A stretch of 62,723 nt of DNA, the filler included, from Deltaproteobacteria bacterium (GTDB lineage Bacteria > JAUYMQ01): NCBI GenBank assembly GCA_030698575.1. It is 15 parts of 15 records of this genome, joined end to end, with 100 filler letters (N's around TTAATTAATTAA, not from the genome) between each part and the next. Parts side by side here need not be neighbours in the genome. Positions count along the whole stretch, not along the records: positions 48,593 to 53,586 come from JAUYMQ010000437.1; positions 53,687 to 56,451 come from JAUYMQ010000116.1; positions 56,552 to 59,450 come from JAUYMQ010000442.1; 12 more parts are not named here. The stretch is one strand, 5' to 3'. The position numbers and the translations under genes were made by a program. The notes under the pieces are model-generated. The model ran no database searches. It saw only the letters and a program-made list of their open reading frames with translations, and was not told the origin of the DNA. Below, one piece after another: positions 48,593 to 59,405 of this stretch; the first letter of the stretch is position 1; each line of letters opens with the position of its first letter.

Positions 48593-49375
48593 GGCAAGTC
48601 GACGCTCGTCGACAAGCTCATCGCCGCCTTCCGGGCCGAGGGCAAGACGGTCGGCGTGCTCGCGGTTGATCCCACCAGTCCCTTCACCGGCGGCGCCATT
48701 CTCGGCGACCGCATCCGCATGCAGACCCACGCGACCGACCCGGGCGTGTTCATCCGCAGCATCGCCACCCGCGGCGCGATGGGCGGGCTTTCGCGATCAA
48801 CCAGCGCGATGGCGCACATCCTCGACGCGATGGGGTGGGACATCGTCCTCATCGAGACGGTGGGCGTCGGGCAGGACGAGGTCGAAGTTTTCAAGACCGC
48901 GCACACGGCCGTCGTGGTGACCGTGCCGGGCATGGGTGACGACGTGCAGGCCATCAAGGCGGGCATTCTCGAGATCGCCGATATCTTCGTCATCAACAAA
49001 GCCGACCGCGAGGGTTCCGACCGGACGGTGGCCGAAATAACGATGATGCTCGATCTCAACGAGTACGCCGAGGGCGACTGGCGCCCACCCGTGCTGAAGG
49101 CCCAAGCCGTGGTGAACCAGGGCATCGACGAGATCCTGGAGGCCATCGAGGGCCACCGGGCCTTCCTGAGCACGGGGGAGGGGTTCGAAAAGCGGCGGGA
49201 AGAGCGCATAAAACGGGAGTTTCTGGAGATTCTGCGGGAGACCCTCTCGGAGCGGGTCCTGCGGACCCTCGAGCGGGAAGGGCGTCTCGCCGAAATTATC
49301 GCTCAACTTACCGGGAAAGAGGCCGATCCATACAGCGTGGTGGAGGGGATCCTCAAGGAGCGGCTCAGGGACTGA
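48593..49375 (+). CDS. meaB: MeaB/ArgK mutase-associated GTPase, 5' truncated
   Basis: GKST, AVDPTSPFTGGAILGDRIRM, ETVGVGQ, INKAD. Confidence 0.95.
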   Translation, partial: GKSTLVDKLIAAFRAEGKTVGVLAVDPTSPFTGGAILGDRIRMQTHATDPGVFIRSIATRGAMGGLSRSTSAMAHILDAMGWDIVLIETVGVGQDEVEVFKTAHTAVVVTVPGMGDDVQAIKAGILEIADIFVINKADREGSDRTVAEITMMLDLNEYAEGDWRPPVLKAQAVVNQGIDEILEAIEGHRAFLSTGEGFEKRREERIKREFLEILRETLSERVLRTLEREGRLAEIIAQLTGKEADPYSVVEGILKERLRD

Positions 49376-49467
49376 GCCCGGGGGTCCCCGCGCGCTCCTT
49401 CTATCGGCCGTGTCCGGCGCTGCGCCCCTGGGGCGGGGCGGCGGGCTGAAGGTCCCGGGATCCCGAG

Positions 49468-50130
49468 ATGGTCCAGTTCAACGTTGCGAGCCGCGAGATC
49501 ATTCTCAAGATCGTCTATTACGGCCCCGCGCTGTCGGGCAAGACGACCAATCTTCAGCAGCTGCACGGGCGCATCGACACCGCGGCCTGCGGGAAGATGA
49601 TCTCGCTCGACACCAAGGACGACCGCACTCTTTACTTCGACTTCCTGCCGGTTCAGTTCACCACCGACGCCGGTTTCAAGATCAAGCTGAAGGTCTTCAC
49701 CGTGCCGGGCCAGGTGATGCACCGCTCGACGCGCAAGGCCGTGCTGGCCGGTGCCGACGCGGTGGCCTTCATCGCCGACAGCCAGAAGTCGCAGGCCGTG
49801 GCCAACGCCTACAGTTTCAAGGACCTCGAGAAGAACCTCCAGGCCAACGGCATCGACTTCGCGAGCATCCCGCTGGTCGTCCAGTTCAACAAGCGCGACC
49901 TCGGGGAGATCAAGACCATGGAGGAGGTCAAGAAGAGCTGGGCCGACACCGACATTCCGATTTACCCCGCCGTCGCCATTCGCTGCGAGGGCGTCGTGGA
50001 AACCTTCGACGCGCTCGTCCGGCGGATGTTCCACAGCCTCGACAAGAAGCACGACTTCCAGCGCAAGTTCAAGATCACCGAGGACCAGTTCCTCGAGAAC
50101 ATCCTGAAGAGCCTCGCCTCCAGCAAATAA
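49468..50130 (+). CDS. MglA-family small GTPase
   Basis: KIVYYGPALSGKTTNL, DRTLYFDFLP, TVPGQV, FNKRDL. Confidence 0.92.
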   Translation: MVQFNVASREIILKIVYYGPALSGKTTNLQQLHGRIDTAACGKMISLDTKDDRTLYFDFLPVQFTTDAGFKIKLKVFTVPGQVMHRSTRKAVLAGADAVAFIADSQKSQAVANAYSFKDLEKNLQANGIDFASIPLVVQFNKRDLGEIKTMEEVKKSWADTDIPIYPAVAIRCEGVVETFDALVRRMFHSLDKKHDFQRKFKITEDQFLENILKSLASSK

Positions 50131-50151
50131 TTGCCGCAATCAGTGCCGATA

Positions 50152-50327
50152 CGCATGTCATTGCGAGGCGCCCCGAATCGTAAGTGGAACAGTCCCCCTT
50201 TCGCCCCTCGCCGCATGTCATTGCGAGGCGCCCCGAAGGGGTGCCGAAGCAATCCCCCGCGCTAATGCCACCCGTCCCGATGGCGCAGGAGATTGCTTCG
50301 TCGCTGCGCTCCTCGCAATGACATGCG
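50152..50327. repeat. GTCATTGCGAG-type palindromic element (partial copy 50152-50177; full copy 50212-50327)
   Basis: 17-bp perfect terminal inverted repeat CGCATGTCATTGCGAGG/CCTCGCAATGACATGCG. Confidence 0.92.
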
Positions 50328-50454
50328 CGCTTGACCCCCTCACTGGCCCCCTGCGGGGGGTTTGTGCTATCCTCGCCTCAATCATCACTGCCTGTTTCCC
50401 TAGCGTTCGCAAGCAAATCAAGGGTTCCGGACCCATCCAAGAGGAGGCATCCCC

Positions 50455-51612
50455 ATGCCCAACGCAGTCATTGTCAGCGCCGTCCGATCGGCCGTCGGGA
50501 AGGCGAAGAAAGGCAGCTTCATCAACACGCGAATCGACGACATGGCCGCCATCGTGGTGAAGGAGGCCGTCGCGCGCGTGAAGGGGCTCGACCCGGCCGA
50601 GATCGAGGACGTGATCATGGGCTGCGCGATGCCCGAGGGCGAGCAGGGGATGAACGTGGCAAAGATCGTCGCGTTCCTGGCCGGGCTTCACCTCTCCGTC
50701 GCCGGTACGACCGTCAACCGCTTCTGCGGTTCGAGCCTGCAGACCATCAACATGGCGGCCCAGGCCATCATGGCGGGCTGCGGCGATGTGCAGGTGGCCG
50801 CCGGCTGCGAGCACATGACCCACGTGCCCATGGGCGGGTTCAGCCCAAGCTTCAACCCGAAGTTCACGACCGGCGACTACCCGGAGGCCTACATCCCGAT
50901 GGGCATGACCGCCGAGAACCTCGCCGAGAAGTACAGCATCGGCCGCCAGGCGCAGGACGAGTACGCCGCCTGGAGCCACGAGAAGGCGTCGAAGGCGATC
51001 GAGCAAGGATTGTTCAAGAAAGAGATCGTCCCCATCGAGGTCGAGATCGAGGGCCAGAAGAAGATCGTGACGATCGACGAGACCGTGCGCCCGGGCACGA
51101 CCGCCGAGAAGCTCTCAACGCTCCAGCCCGTCTTCAAGGAAGGGGGGTCGGTCACGGCCGGCAACTCGAGCCCGCTGAACGACGCGGCCGCGGCCTGCGT
51201 GCTCATGAGCGAGGAGCGGGCCAAGGCGCTGGGCATCAGTCCCTACTTCCGCATCAAGGCGATGGCGGTGGCGGGCTGCGATCCGGCACTTATGGGCATC
51301 GGCCCGGTGCCGGCGGTGCAGAAGGTGCTCAAGCGCGCGGCGATGACGTTCAAGGACATCGACGTCATCGAGCTGAACGAGGCCTTCGCCGTGCAGAACC
51401 TGGCGGTCATCCAGGAGGGCGGCTGGCCGAAGGAGAAGATCAACCCGCGGGGCGGCGGCGTGTCGATCGGGCACCCGCTGGGCGCCACGGGCGCGCGCAT
51501 CATGGCGACGCTCGTCCACGAGATGATCGACAACAACTGGACGATTGGCCTCGAGACCATGTGCATCGGCGGCGGCCAGGGCATCGCGACCATCATCGAG
51601 CGCGTGCGCTGA
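50455..51612 (+). CDS. Thiolase (acetyl-CoA C-acyltransferase)
   Basis: NRFCGSS, ELNEAFA, GHPLGATG, MCIGGGQG; GAGGAGG RBS. Confidence 0.96.
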   Translation: MPNAVIVSAVRSAVGKAKKGSFINTRIDDMAAIVVKEAVARVKGLDPAEIEDVIMGCAMPEGEQGMNVAKIVAFLAGLHLSVAGTTVNRFCGSSLQTINMAAQAIMAGCGDVQVAAGCEHMTHVPMGGFSPSFNPKFTTGDYPEAYIPMGMTAENLAEKYSIGRQAQDEYAAWSHEKASKAIEQGLFKKEIVPIEVEIEGQKKIVTIDETVRPGTTAEKLSTLQPVFKEGGSVTAGNSSPLNDAAAACVLMSEERAKALGISPYFRIKAMAVAGCDPALMGIGPVPAVQKVLKRAAMTFKDIDVIELNEAFAVQNLAVIQEGGWPKEKINPRGGGVSIGHPLGATGARIMATLVHEMIDNNWTIGLETMCIGGGQGIATIIERVR

Positions 51613-51635
51613 GCAGCCCGCATCCCGGAAGCATC

Positions 51636-51672
51636 GAAGCCCCCCGGGCCACTCCCGGGGGGCTTCTTTGTT
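51636..51672 (+). terminator. Intrinsic terminator after the thiolase
   Basis: GAAGCCCCCCGGG/CCCGGGGGGCTTC stem followed by TTTGTT. Confidence 0.8.
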
Positions 51673-51694
51673 GGCCGCCGTGGGGAGACGAGCG

Positions 51695-51846
51695 CGCATG
51701 TCATTGCGAGGAGGGCCGGAGGCCCGACGAAGCAATCCCCTTGGTACTCGGGACCGGTGGCATTAGCCGGGGGATTGCTTCGTCGCTTCGCTCCTCGCAA
51801 TGACATGCGAAATTCCCCCCGGGTCCCCTGCTCGCAATGACATGCG
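51695..51846. repeat. GTCATTGCGAG-type palindromic element (full copy 51695-51809; extra half copy 51831-51846)
   Basis: 19-bp perfect terminal inverted repeat CGCATGTCATTGCGAGGAG/CTCCTCGCAATGACATGCG. Confidence 0.92.
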
Positions 51847-51874
51847 GCCCCTCCGCAGGCCTTGCAGGCCCCCC

Positions 51875-51903
51875 TTGACGCCCCCGTCAAATCGGATTAT
51901 CCC
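51875..51903 (+). promoter_or_regulatory. Putative promoter with overlapping palindrome
   Basis: TTGACG-CCCC-CGTCAA palindrome over the -35 box; TATCCC 17 nt after TTGACG. Confidence 0.45.
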
Positions 51904-51993
51904 ATACATACTTTTTAGGTAGCTCCTTTCCTGCCCGATTCATGCTGGATCCGGCCAACAGGTCCGGCAATCAGGTCCGGCCAAGGCAAGCCC

Positions 51994-53238
51994 ATGCGCA
52001 GCCCCGAAGATCGCTCCGCCCTCGCCCTCAGCTCCATTGAGGAAGCCGTCGCCGAAATCTCCGCCGGCCGGACCGTCATTCTCATCGATGACGCCGCCCC
52101 GGAGAACGAGGGGACCCTCGCGATGGCCGCCGAGAAGGTGACCCCCGAGGCCATCAATTTCATGGCGAAGGAGGGGCGCGGGATCATCTGCGTGAGCTTC
52201 ACCGAGCAGCGCATGCGCAAGCTCGCCATCGCGCCTCAGCCATCGGATAAGGCCACGACCTACGCGGCAGCCGTGGGTGTGATGATCGACGCCCGCAAGG
52301 GGACCACCACGGGCATCTCGGCCGCCGACCGCGCGCTCACCATCCGCACGGCGGTCAGCGCGCGATGCCGGCCCGAGGATCTCGTCCGGCCCGGCCACGT
52401 GCCGCCGCTCTGCGCCAAGCGCGGCGGGGTTCTGGCGCGAACCGGCGCGGCGGAGGGCTCGGTAGATCTCGCGAGGCTCGCCGGATTGGCGCCCGCCGGC
52501 GTCGTCTGCGGCATCATGCGCGATGACGGCGAGATGGCCCGCCTGCAGGATCTTTCCGCGTTCGCGAAGAAGCACAGCCTCAAGATCGTCACCATCGCCG
52601 ACCTCGTTCGCTACCGCATCCAGAAAGAGCTGCTCGTCCGGCGCTTCGCCGAGGCAACGCTCCCCACGCGCCACGGCAGCTTCCGCGCCATCGTCTACGA
52701 GAACGACCTCGACAAGCACCACCACATGGCCCTGGTGCTCGGCATGGAGGGGCGCGCCTTCAGCCCCGGCGAGGCGCTTCTCGTGCGCATGCACTCCGAG
52801 TGCCTCACGGGCGACGTCTTTGGTTCGTCGAAATGCGATTGCGGCGACCAGCTCGACTCGGCGCTGCAACAGATCCGCGAGGCAGGGAAGGGTGTGCTGG
52901 TGTACCTGCGGCAGGAGGGGCGGGGCATCGGGCTCGTCAACAAGATCCTCGCCTACAAGCTCCAGGACGCCGGCCGCGACACCGTCGAGGCCAACGAAGA
53001 TCTGGGCTTCAAGGCCGATCTGCGCGACTACGGCGTGGGCGCGCAAATCCTGGTCGATCTCGGCGCCCGGAAGCTCCGGCTGATGACCAACAATCCGAAG
53101 AAGATCGTCGGCCTCGAGGGTTACGGCCTCGAGATCGTCGAGCGCGTGCCGATCGAGGTCGATCTGAACGAGAAGAACATCCAGTACCTCAGGACCAAGA
53201 AGGAGAAGCTCGGGCATCTCCTCAACATCAAGCGGTGA
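51994..53238 (+). CDS. ribBA: RibBA-type fusion: degenerate DHBP synthase domain plus intact GTP cyclohydrolase II
   Basis: [39 protein letters not shown] intact; RibB catalytic motifs altered. Confidence 0.92.
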   Translation: MRSPEDRSALALSSIEEAVAEISAGRTVILIDDAAPENEGTLAMAAEKVTPEAINFMAKEGRGIICVSFTEQRMRKLAIAPQPSDKATTYAAAVGVMIDARKGTTTGISAADRALTIRTAVSARCRPEDLVRPGHVPPLCAKRGGVLARTGAAEGSVDLARLAGLAPAGVVCGIMRDDGEMARLQDLSAFAKKHSLKIVTIADLVRYRIQKELLVRRFAEATLPTRHGSFRAIVYENDLDKHHHMALVLGMEGRAFSPGEALLVRMHSECLTGDVFGSSKCDCGDQLDSALQQIREAGKGVLVYLRQEGRGIGLVNKILAYKLQDAGRDTVEANEDLGFKADLRDYGVGAQILVDLGARKLRLMTNNPKKIVGLEGYGLEIVERVPIEVDLNEKNIQYLRTKKEKLGHLLNIKR

Positions 53239-53586
53239 AGCATTTGAAGAGCAAAGCCTCCGTGGCGAGCACGGTGGATCACACGATCCTGGGCCTCATC
53301 GTCGAGACCCCGCGGCACGGCTATCTCATCAAAAAGATTCTCTGCCAGGGCAACGGCCGCGACTTCGGCATCAACGACGGCACGCTCTATCCCGCGCTCC
53401 GGCGCCTCGAGAAGGCCGGGTTCATCCGCAAGCGCGTCGTTCACCAGCAGAAGAGTCCGGCCAAGCACATTTATCACGCCACCCGCGAGGGCGAGGAGGC
53501 CTTTGTCGACTGGCTCACGAGCCCGGTCGGCGAGGAGGATCCGTTTCGCTATGACTTCTACTGGCGGTTCGGATTCCTGGTGAAGG
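53235..53586 (+). CDS. PadR-family transcriptional regulator, 3' truncated
   Basis: ILGLI..PRHGY..GTLYPALRRLEKAG..KHIYHATREG; GTGA overlap with ribBA. Confidence 0.88.
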
Positions 53587-53686
53587 NNNNNNNNNNNNNN
53601 NNNNNNNNNNNNNNNNNNNNNNNNNNNNNNTTAATTAATTAANNNNNNNNNNNNNNNNNNNNNNNNNNNNNNNNNNNNNNNNNNNN

Positions 53687-56451
53687 CGGGACATCCGCGC
53701 GCGCGCCTCCGCTCCGAGCGCGCGAAGCGTCCCGGTGTCGGCGGCGATCTCCTCCGGGCTGAACAGCCCCTCGGCGTCCCGCTCGGCGTGGCCACGCCCG
53801 GGGTGTGCTGCCGCCTGCAAGCCGGGGAAGAACCAGCGCGCGCCGTGGCCGTCGGCGCGGGCGTCGCTCCCCTCGGCGCCAAGCTCCGCCATGAGCGCCA
53901 TCACGTCGTTCCCGTCCGGGAGCCGGTCGCGAAGAAGGCCCATGTGGCTCTCCTCCTTCGGATCCTTGCCGCCCGGCCGCCTGGAACCCGCCATGACGAG
54001 CCGCTTCTTCGCGCGCGTCAGCGCCACGTAGAGGGTGCGGACCACCTCCGCCCTGGCCACCCGCCGCCGGCTTTCCTCGACCGCGTCGTAACCCGGCGTG
54101 GCGGCGCCGAGAAGCTTGTACTCCAGCCGTCCATCGATCACTTCCGCATCGTCGAGCGCTTGCTTTCCCGCTCTGGACGATCGGTGCAGCTGCATGACGT
54201 AGACGTGATCGAAGTCGAGGCCCTTCGCCTGGTGAATCGTCATGACCTGGACGGCGTCCTGCACCGTGTCCTTCGGGCGCGCTTCCTCGGCTTCTTCCTC
54301 CTCCGCGACGGCCTGGCGAAGCGCGCGGGCGATCGCGGGCGCGTCGCCGCCTCCCTCCTCGATGGCCTGGAGCAGCTCCCGGAAGAAACGATCGAGATTC
54401 GCCGCGCGGTAGGTGCCGAGGGATCGCGCGGACTCCGTGGCTTCGACGAGGAAGCGGATCCGGAGCTTTTCGACGAAACGATCGGCCGGATCGCGGCGGA
54501 AGGAGCTTCGCGCCAGGGCGATCTCCTGGACGGCGGCGAGCAGGGCGTGCTCCCAGCCCGCGATGCGTGCGAGGCCGGGGATGTCCTCCGGGAGCTCGCG
54601 CTGGACCTCCGTCACGAGGGCGGCAATCTTCTCGAGGCGCCGCTCGTCGGGGCCCTCGAGATCGGTCATTAGCTCGGGCAGCTCGCCCCGCCAGAGCGGG
54701 ACGATCGCGGCGTCGGGCGCGCCGACGAGCACGGAGCGGAGGAGGGTCAGGAGGGCCAGGTGGTCGTTCGGATCGAGCACGCATCGGACGAGCGCCGCGG
54801 CCTCGACGATCTCTCGCCGCTTGTAATAGGTGCGATCGCCCTCGACGGAGAAGGGGACGCCCTCGTCCCGAAAAGCCCGGAGGTAGATCTCGAGGTCGCC
54901 GCGCGCGCGGAAGAGCACGCCGAAAGACGGCCACTCCACTCCGTGGTCGTCGTGGAGGCGACGGATGTCGCGGGCCAGCGTTCGCGCCTCGAGGCGCGCC
55001 GCGGGGCCGGCGTTGGTTTTCTCGGAGGGGGCGCCGGTTTCCTGATTCCAGCTCTGGGAGACCCAGTGCTCCACAGGCGCGCATCCGCCCTCGATGAATC
55101 CCCGATCCGACGCGTTGTGCTCCACGGGCGCCAGGGGCTCGAAGCCCGGCTGCACGCCTTCCTCGCGCCGCATGACGGGGCGCATGATCCGATCGACCTC
55201 GTCCAGGACCGCCGGCACCGACCGGAAGTTCACCGAAAGAGTCTTCTTCACACCCCCGGCGTCCTCGAGCGCGGCGAGAAAAGATTCGTAGGCGGCCATG
55301 TCCGCGCGGCGCCAGCCGTAGATGGACTGCTTGGGATCGCCCACCACGAAGAGGCCGGGCTGGGCCTCCGGATGCATGTCGAGACCGATGTTGCGGATGA
55401 TCTCGCACTGGAGAGCGTCGGTGTCCTGAAATTCGTCAACGAGCAGCTGGTCGATCCCCTCGCGGATGCGGGCGAGCACGCCCGGGTGCCGGCCGAGTAG
55501 ATCGTGCGCCTCCTGGAGGAGCCCCTCGTAAGAGATGGCGCCCCGGCGGCGAAGGCGCCGCGCGATTTCCGCTAGGAGCGGCGCGAGCGCCCGCCGCGCC
55601 AGGTCGAGCAGGATCGGATCGAGCGGGGTGATCCGTGACAGGGCCGCATGCAGATCCGTCGCGGCGGCGGTTATGTTGACGGCCGCATCGCCGAAGGCCT
55701 TTTCCTCGTTCTTGTTGAACTTGCCGCTGGACCACTCGCCCAGCCGCTTCATCGCGCTCGCATCCCAGGTCTCTCCGAGCTTCGCGACGAACGCGGCGAC
55801 GTTTTCCGCGCCGGCGCCCGGGGAGGCCCGGAGCAAATCCGGGGTCCGCTCGCTTGCCTCCATCACCCGCAGAAGGACGTCTTTGCGGCCCTTCACCTCC
55901 GCCTGTCTGCCGGCCATCGCCCCGGTGAGCGCCCGGAGCGCCGATTCCAGGGCCTTCAGCGCCCGCCCGACCGCCTCCCCATCGAACGGATCCACGCCCA
56001 GCGCATCCGGCGGAACCCCCTTCTCCACGAGTACGCCGAGCGCATCCGCGAGATGTTGCGGCCCGTAGCCGCGGGCCGCCAGCTCGAGGAGCACCGGCGA
56101 GCCTGGCTCACCGTAGCCCTCGCGAAGCGCAGACTCGACGACCTCGCGCGTGATCTCGGTGCGCCATGCGCCATCCGCGTCGATCTCGAAGCCGGGGTGG
56201 ATGCCGGCCTCGAGCGGGTGCGCGGCCAGAAGGCGGCGGCAGTAGGCATGAATGGTCCTGACGACGAGGTGATCGAGCGAGCCGAGGAGAGCCTCCGCGC
56301 GGGCCCGCCGCAGATCGTGATCTCCCGGCAGGCAGGTCTCGAGGATGCCCAGGGGCGTGTCTTGGCCCAGCGCGATCTCTCGCAGGCACGCGCCGGTCAC
56401 GGATGCCATATGGGCGGCGGCGGCTTCGGTGAAAGTGATCGCGACGACGCG
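53687..56451 (-). CDS. AddA/RecB-like UvrD helicase, truncated at both ends
   Basis: VAITFTEAAA, TIHAYC, LLVDEFQDT, VGDPKQSIYGWRRAD, NFRS, MTIHQAKGLDF, LYVALTRAK. Confidence 0.93.
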
Positions 56452-56551
56452 NNNNNNNNNNNNNNNNNNNNNNNNNNNNNNNNNNNNNNNNNNNNTTAAT
56501 TAATTAANNNNNNNNNNNNNNNNNNNNNNNNNNNNNNNNNNNNNNNNNNNN

Positions 56552-56744
56552 CGTGCGGGCCTCGACCACCGAGCTGGAATGGCCGGAAGTCTCGACCTCG
56601 GAGACGATCACGCATGTCTCGGCGTGGGATGCGGCCGAAGCGGGGAGCCCGGAGTGGGTGGCGGCGCTGGCGGAATCCGCAGTGCTCACCGCCGGAGATG
56701 CCCTCCGGATCAAAGCCGCCTCGCTGACTTTCACCCTCACCTAG
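56552..56744 (+). CDS. Small phage tail protein C-terminus, 5' truncated
   Basis: ITHVSAWDAA..G...LTAGDALRIKAASLTFTL resembles small virion/tail-fibre proteins. Confidence 0.6.
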
Positions 56745-56751
56745 GGACGCC

Positions 56752-59205
56752 GTGCCGACCCCCGCCCAACTCGCTGGACTCCCGCTCCTCGATGCCCTCA
56801 ATAACCGCGGCGAAGAGTTCGGAGGGATCGGCGAACCCTGGGAGGCGACCACCTGGGCCGACCAGATCGGTGCTACCAACGAAGGCTTCGGCTACTTTTT
56901 CTGGGCCGCGCTGGAAGGCACTACCGCGGCGGCCCGGCTGGGCGGCACCGAACTGCCCGATGACTGCGCCGTCTCCCTGGAGCTGTTCCCCGAACCAGCG
57001 GGCGAACCCGCCGAAGGCCGCTACTTCGAGGTCTGGCTGCGGATGGAGACGGAATCCCAGCAGGGCTGGCGGCTGCGAGCCTCCCCGCTGGGCGGAGGGC
57101 TGCACAAACTGGTGCTGTCGCTGTGGATCGAAGGCGCAGAACAAAACCCGGGAACCTACGGCCTGACCCTCGAAGAAGTCGCGCTCGAAGAAGACGGAGC
57201 AATCGGCCTCGCCATCGAAGCGGGCGTCGTCTCGGTCTGGGGCCGCGCCGGGGCCGAAGGGGAATGGGAAGAACTCGGCTCACCCGAAGGCGATGCCGAA
57301 CTTGAATCGCTCCCCTCCAAATTCGCCGGGGTCGGCGCGGCTGGGAACGCGAACCCAATCGTCCGCAACTTCTCCGGCGGGGAAGTGGGAGAAGAAGCGC
57401 CGAAAACCGTCGATGCCTCGGCAGCGGGCACCGGGGTAGGGACCGGGGCGGCGACGGCGAAAGTCCTGACACCGGGTGGCGAAGCCTTCGGCGAAACCCT
57501 CAGCTTCACGACAGAGCTAGAACCACGAGTTGCCGTAGTCCAGGAGTACCCGCCGGATCGGCTCGCTTGGTCGGTCAGCCCACCCGGGGGCGCACCGAAC
57601 CGCTGGGCCGCAGACGAGCCAGACCCGGCTAACGTCATTGACGACATCACCCTGACCTCGGAGATGCCCGGCGGCTACAAGGAGGCCACCGGCACACTCG
57701 CCCGCGACCCGCGCCGCGACTACCGCGACCTCGCCGCCTACGGCGACATTTCCATTTACGAGCCCGGCGTCGAGGAGATCTGGAACGGCCGCCTGGAGAA
57801 AGCCTCAGAGGCCAGCGGCGAGCGACAGTCGATCAGGGCGGAGTGCGCCGGCTGGCAGGTGGCGCTGGAGGATGACAAGGCTGTCATCGGGCCTGGGTTC
57901 ATCGACGGGGATCTGAGCAAATGGGGGGAGCCATCCACGGAGCGGCGGTTGCAGTTGATCGAAGCGGGAATCAGGCTGATGGCCTCTACCTCGGTCGGTC
58001 ATTCCTCGAAAGACCTCGAAGCGGCAGCTGCCGCCATCATCAACGACTTCACCAACGTCGAGACGGTGGCTACGGACACCGAGGCGGGAGAGGCGCACTA
58101 CTACGGCGGCGGTGTGGACATCGGCGCCGTCCGCTACGACACCAAAGGCGACCTCGCCGGCGGCGGGGCAAGCGCCGATTGGGAAAGCAACGTCGGCCTC
58201 GGCACGACCGACACCTTCTCCGTCTCCGAAATCGGGTCTGACCATGACGCGAGCGCCGCGACAAATCAGACTGTCGAGGCACCGGGCGCTGGCTACAAGT
58301 TCGCCCGCATCCGGAACCGCCTCGCCGTCGCCTCCGAAGGCGTCGATCTCGCACGAATCTTTAGCTGGCCGAACCTCCGCGTTTTGGGCGACCACGGCCT
58401 CGCTGCGCAGGGCACCTGGCCGAACGTCGGTTTCACCGCGTCGCAGATGTTGGAGTATGCGATCCCGCTCTACGCCACGCCGCTGACGGTTGACTCCGAG
58501 CTGCTGGAAGACGACGGCTTCGTGATCCCCCAGGCTTGGTTCGCAGAGCCGGGGCCGATGAGCGCGGTGGTAGACGAGCTGACCCGCTATGGACTGTTCG
58601 ACTGGTTCGTCTACGGGGGCAAGCTGTTCCAGCTTCGCGCTCCCGGCGTCTACGGGCGGACGTGGAAGGCATACACCGGCCCCTCGGGGTTGGAGGAGGT
58701 CGGCGTCGACGCGCAGCGGCTCTGGCGCTCCATCGTGGTCCGCTGGGCCGACGTGGATGGGCGGACCCTCACCGCTGGCCCCCCGGGGTCCGGCGCCGAC
58801 GTGGAGACAGAAGCACTCGAAGTCACCGACCCCGACCATCCGGCGGTCAAGGCGGGACTGACCCGTACGGACGTGCTCGACATCGGCGGCATCTGCACCG
58901 AAGAACCCGCTATCGCCGCCGGGGAACGGTGGCTAGAAGAAGCCAACGCCCTCAGCCGGGCGGGGCAGGCGTCCCTCTCGGGATATGCGCTGGACGATAA
59001 GAGTGTCTACAGGCCGGTTGCCCAAGTGCGAGCGGGCGACCTGATTTCGTTTGCCGACTCTCCGGACACGTCACCCCGTCGCATTACTGCGGTGTCATAC
59101 AGCCATCGGTCGCGCACGGCGAGTATCACCATCGACGCGCCACCCGGCGGCGTCGCCGCTTTGCTCGAACGCTTCAAAGCAACCCTCTCAACGCTCGGGC
59201 TCTGA
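56752..59205 (+). CDS. Phage minor tail/baseplate-hub-like protein (817 aa)
   Basis: Acidic, beta-rich; PGGY.., IWNGRLE, VRAGDLI, RITAVSYSH..ASITID patterns recalled from siphovirus tail proteins. Confidence 0.6.
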   Translation: MPTPAQLAGLPLLDALNNRGEEFGGIGEPWEATTWADQIGATNEGFGYFFWAALEGTTAAARLGGTELPDDCAVSLELFPEPAGEPAEGRYFEVWLRMETESQQGWRLRASPLGGGLHKLVLSLWIEGAEQNPGTYGLTLEEVALEEDGAIGLAIEAGVVSVWGRAGAEGEWEELGSPEGDAELESLPSKFAGVGAAGNANPIVRNFSGGEVGEEAPKTVDASAAGTGVGTGAATAKVLTPGGEAFGETLSFTTELEPRVAVVQEYPPDRLAWSVSPPGGAPNRWAADEPDPANVIDDITLTSEMPGGYKEATGTLARDPRRDYRDLAAYGDISIYEPGVEEIWNGRLEKASEASGERQSIRAECAGWQVALEDDKAVIGPGFIDGDLSKWGEPSTERRLQLIEAGIRLMASTSVGHSSKDLEAAAAAIINDFTNVETVATDTEAGEAHYYGGGVDIGAVRYDTKGDLAGGGASADWESNVGLGTTDTFSVSEIGSDHDASAATNQTVEAPGAGYKFARIRNRLAVASEGVDLARIFSWPNLRVLGDHGLAAQGTWPNVGFTASQMLEYAIPLYATPLTVDSELLEDDGFVIPQAWFAEPGPMSAVVDELTRYGLFDWFVYGGKLFQLRAPGVYGRTWKAYTGPSGLEEVGVDAQRLWRSIVVRWADVDGRTLTAGPPGSGADVETEALEVTDPDHPAVKAGLTRTDVLDIGGICTEEPAIAAGERWLEEANALSRAGQASLSGYALDDKSVYRPVAQVRAGDLISFADSPDTSPRRITAVSYSHRSRTASITIDAPPGGVAALLERFKATLSTLGL

Positions 59206-59216
59206 CCGCCTGACCC

Positions 59217-59405
59217 TCAGACCTTCAGCCGCTCCCGTTCTCCACAAGCCGCCCGACCCGCCCTCTCTCGGCCCCCGGCCAATTCGTATTCGAGCTGACG
59301 GATAGCACGAGCGTTCTGGCTGCGAAGCCAGGTGCTTTTCGGTCGCGCCCGCTGGAGGTCATGGAGCAACAGCCACCGCTGGCGTCTGTTCTGTGTGCGG
59401 GTCAT
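59217..59405 (-). CDS. Small basic hypothetical protein
   Basis: 62-aa ORF convergent on the tail gene. Confidence 0.4.
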   Translation of the reverse strand: MTRTQNRRQRWLLLHDLQRARPKSTWLRSQNARAIRQLEYELAGGRERAGRAACGERERLKV

